DNA of 64,000 nucleotides. Source: Chlorokybus atmophyticus. Taxonomy: Eukaryota > Plantae > Mesostigma and Chlorokybus algae. Positions within the stretch are counted from its first letter, which is position 1; each line of letters opens with the position of its first letter. The notes under the pieces were generated by a model, which saw only the letters and a list, made by a program, of their open reading frames with translations, did no database searches and had not been told where the DNA came from. The stretch covers positions 170,482-234,481 of the forward strand of contig RHPI01000732.1 in assembly GCA_009103225.1 (NCBI GenBank), in the 5' to 3' direction. This document shows positions 61,474-64,000 of the stretch, in pieces. The position numbers and the translations under genes were made by a program.

Positions 61474-63786
61474 ATGGCGAGCAAGAGGCGGCACATCACA
61501 CGCGACCCCATTGCCAGCATTTGTGCAGCGATCAACTCTACCGTCTTTGACTTACCAGCACTCAGCCAGGCGGTGTCTCAGGCGTCTCACACCAGCTCAA
61601 TTGCGAGGCCAAGAGAGCCTCTTGGCGACCCCATTCTGCGCTTGCACAGAGCTGTCAAGGCCTTTGCTTCACATGTGAAGCTTCCACCCATTGCATTACT
61701 TGCTGCCCCGCGGACTCATGCTCCAGTGGTAGTCTCAGTGCAACAGTATGAAGTTCGAGCCGGTATTGCAACAGCTCCTGTGAGGCCACCACCACATGTA
61801 GCAAAGCCAGCTAAGGCGCCTACTGCTGTCGCTCCTCCTCCCCCTCAGCCAGTGAGAACCGGGCCGGAGCCAGTGCCATCCAAGCCCGAGACATCGTCGT
61901 GTGGCACATCAGACCCTTGGAAGGCATTCTGCTGGCTGCCACCTAAGCATCTGCTTCCACCCGTGCGAGTGCGCAAGCTTCGGCGAGCGCTGTGGCAGCT
62001 GGCAAAGAAGCATAGCGGGTCAGTGCTAAGTGGTTGGCCGGTGATGGGTGTGCAATGCATTGGATTGCCTGGCTATGAAGCTGAATTGCATGTGTGGTAG
62101 TGTGTGGGATGGATCACGTGCAATGTCTGCATTCAGGGTAAACTCATCAACTGTTTGCCAATCAGACACATGCGCGTTGGAGCTTGCATTATACATCTTT
62201 CTTCTGGAGAGCAGAGCAGTGTTGATGGGAAACGCCGCTATCCTCTTGCTAGCGTTGTAAAGACAGCACTGCTCGTAGAAGCTGCCAGGCAGCTGCAGCA
62301 GTCACAGGTAATGCATGCGCGCCAATTCACATCTGTTGGAAGCAGTTCGTGCAATCATGAATGTTGCCAACCGACATGTATGCAGGCACGTGGATGGGGG
62401 TTGTCATTGCGGACACCCATCACCATCACAGAGGATATCAAGTGCATTGGAGCAGGTACGTCGCATGCACAGTAATGTAGTATTTGCTGCTGCCAAGCGT
62501 GCATAAGCTTGCATGCACTGTTTTTGACAAGGCAAGCCTTGGCTTGCAGGCAAATTGCAGAAGGCACGGCATGGCACTCCTATCACACTGGGCGAGTGCA
62601 TAGAGTTGATGATTACGGTATCAGACAACACTGCCTCAGACCTTGTGCTGCGAGAAGTGCGCCTGCACAAAGTGCGACAGATGTGCAGAGACCTTGGCCT
62701 GCACATGACAGACATCTACTTGTCCCAGCGTCAGGTATTGACAAAACAGTTGCATTGTTACAGAACTCATGCATGCTTGCATGTCAAGCTGTAAGCTGCT
62801 TCTTTGTTCATGTTTTTGTGTGCATGCAGGCATATCTGGTAGCGCTTGGACGAGCCCCTGGGGCCAAGGGGCGCGGCTTCCTTGCGCGATGGCTGGGTAT
62901 GTCTACAGGAGAGCGAATTGAGTTGGCAGAGGCTGCTGAGCGTGAGAACGCCGGGGTGCGCTTGAACGCTTTTCAGAACATGGAGAAGAACTCCTTCAAA
63001 GTCCAGAAGGTAGACACAGAAATGCGGAATGCAGGCATCTGTGATGCGCTTCCTATCTGCATGCATGATGTGAGCCTTAAACCTTCCATTGTTGCAGACC
63101 AGAAGTGCCACAGCACATCAGCATGACTTGGATTTGGTTGCTGCCATTGACAACCATGCATCTCCATACGATACGGCTCGCCTGCTGGAGCTTCTTGGAC
63201 AAAACAGGGTGCGTGGCCTCAACGGCGAGTGGAGCGAGTACTGCCTCGCTGTTCTTGGTCGCCAGAGGTAAGAGTGTGTTTGTGCTCACATAATGTGTGC
63301 CTATCAAAACCAAGCGTTATAGATATGGTTGTGCATGTTGGAGTCAGCCCTTGCCAACCGGGCAGTTGTGCAACAGGTATGGCAAGAGGAGGTTCTTGGC
63401 ACTGCTGCCAGCTGGTACTCCTATATACCACAAGACCGGCAGCATTTCTGGTGTGGTGAACGACGCAGGCATTATTGACATTGGATCGAAGGCGAATCGC
63501 GTGGCTGTGGCTGCCCTCATAAGCAATGTTCAGCATGTAAGCAGTTTCCTGAAGTTGTGCTTTGCATGTGCTTTACATTTGCACAGCAACAAACAACACG
63601 TATGATAATGCTGGGTAAACTTTTGCTGCGTTTACTGCTTTGACTGTCTAACATGGAGCTGCCCCTTTGTAGGGACGCGAAGCTGAGGCGGAGCAAGTCA
63701 TCGCAAGAATTGCCCGACTGGCATGGGAGGCTTACGCCCCGAGCCACCTGCGCGATGCACCCGCAGCATTTCCCATTGCAGCTTGA
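61474..63786 (+). CDS. Class A beta-lactamase-fold / PBP-A-like serine hydrolase (Beta-lactamase2 family) with long Pro/Ala/Ser-rich N-terminal extension, multi-exon
   Basis: RVGACIIHLSSGE...DGKRRYPLASVVK (SxxK at 62251-62262), MITVSDNTASD (SDN at 62621-62629), DNHASPYDTARLL, LPAGTPIYHKTGS..GVVNDAGII (KTG at 63432-63440), terminal helix EAEQVIARIARLAWEAY; stop TGA 63784-63786. Confidence 0.92.
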
Positions 63787-64000
63787 ATTTGCAGCTGAAG
63801 CTGCAGCTGAAGTTCAAGTCCAAGTTTTGAGTAGCAAGCAGCAGGTCTCTGTGCGCTTTAAAGCGCAAGTCATCTGCTGCAGTTCGCCAGTTGACCTGCC
63901 GTGGTGGCCGGCGCGCAGGCTACCACCACGTACAGTTTTGTACCGTTGGTAGGGATGCGTTGCATTCAGTTGTGGGCTAGTGCAGGGTGGCATGTGTAGC

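Overview
Intron-rich eukaryotic nuclear DNA from a photosynthetic green-lineage organism. PsaO, a plant-type NDUFS6 (HTAKWMQ motif), a plant-type F-box/Sel1 protein and a plant-type endonuclease-I/LTD protein suggest an early-diverging streptophyte alga (inference). I built spliced gene models by eye from GT/GC-AG sites and reading phase. Housekeeping or plastid genes: MPBQ/MSBQ methyltransferase (3' end), RRN11/TAF1A-like, psaO, acyl-protein thioesterase, F-box/Sel1, PLAC8, TRF4-like poly(A) polymerase and NDUFS6. There are also several orphan genes, a decayed full-length Ty3/Gypsy chromovirus with hairpin-rich LTRs, two N gaps and a long (GT)n tract. The most unusual content is a set of intron-containing genes of prokaryote-type families. 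These are a divergent pair of a DUF2252 kinase-fold gene and a class A beta-lactamase/PBP-A-fold gene at the right end, a bacterial/fungal-type CrtI phytoene desaturase with a plastid presequence, an endonuclease I with a bipartite-looking presequence, and a disrupted SF2 helicase-like gene resembling Z1-associated ATPases. All family assignments come from remembered motifs; no database search was run.
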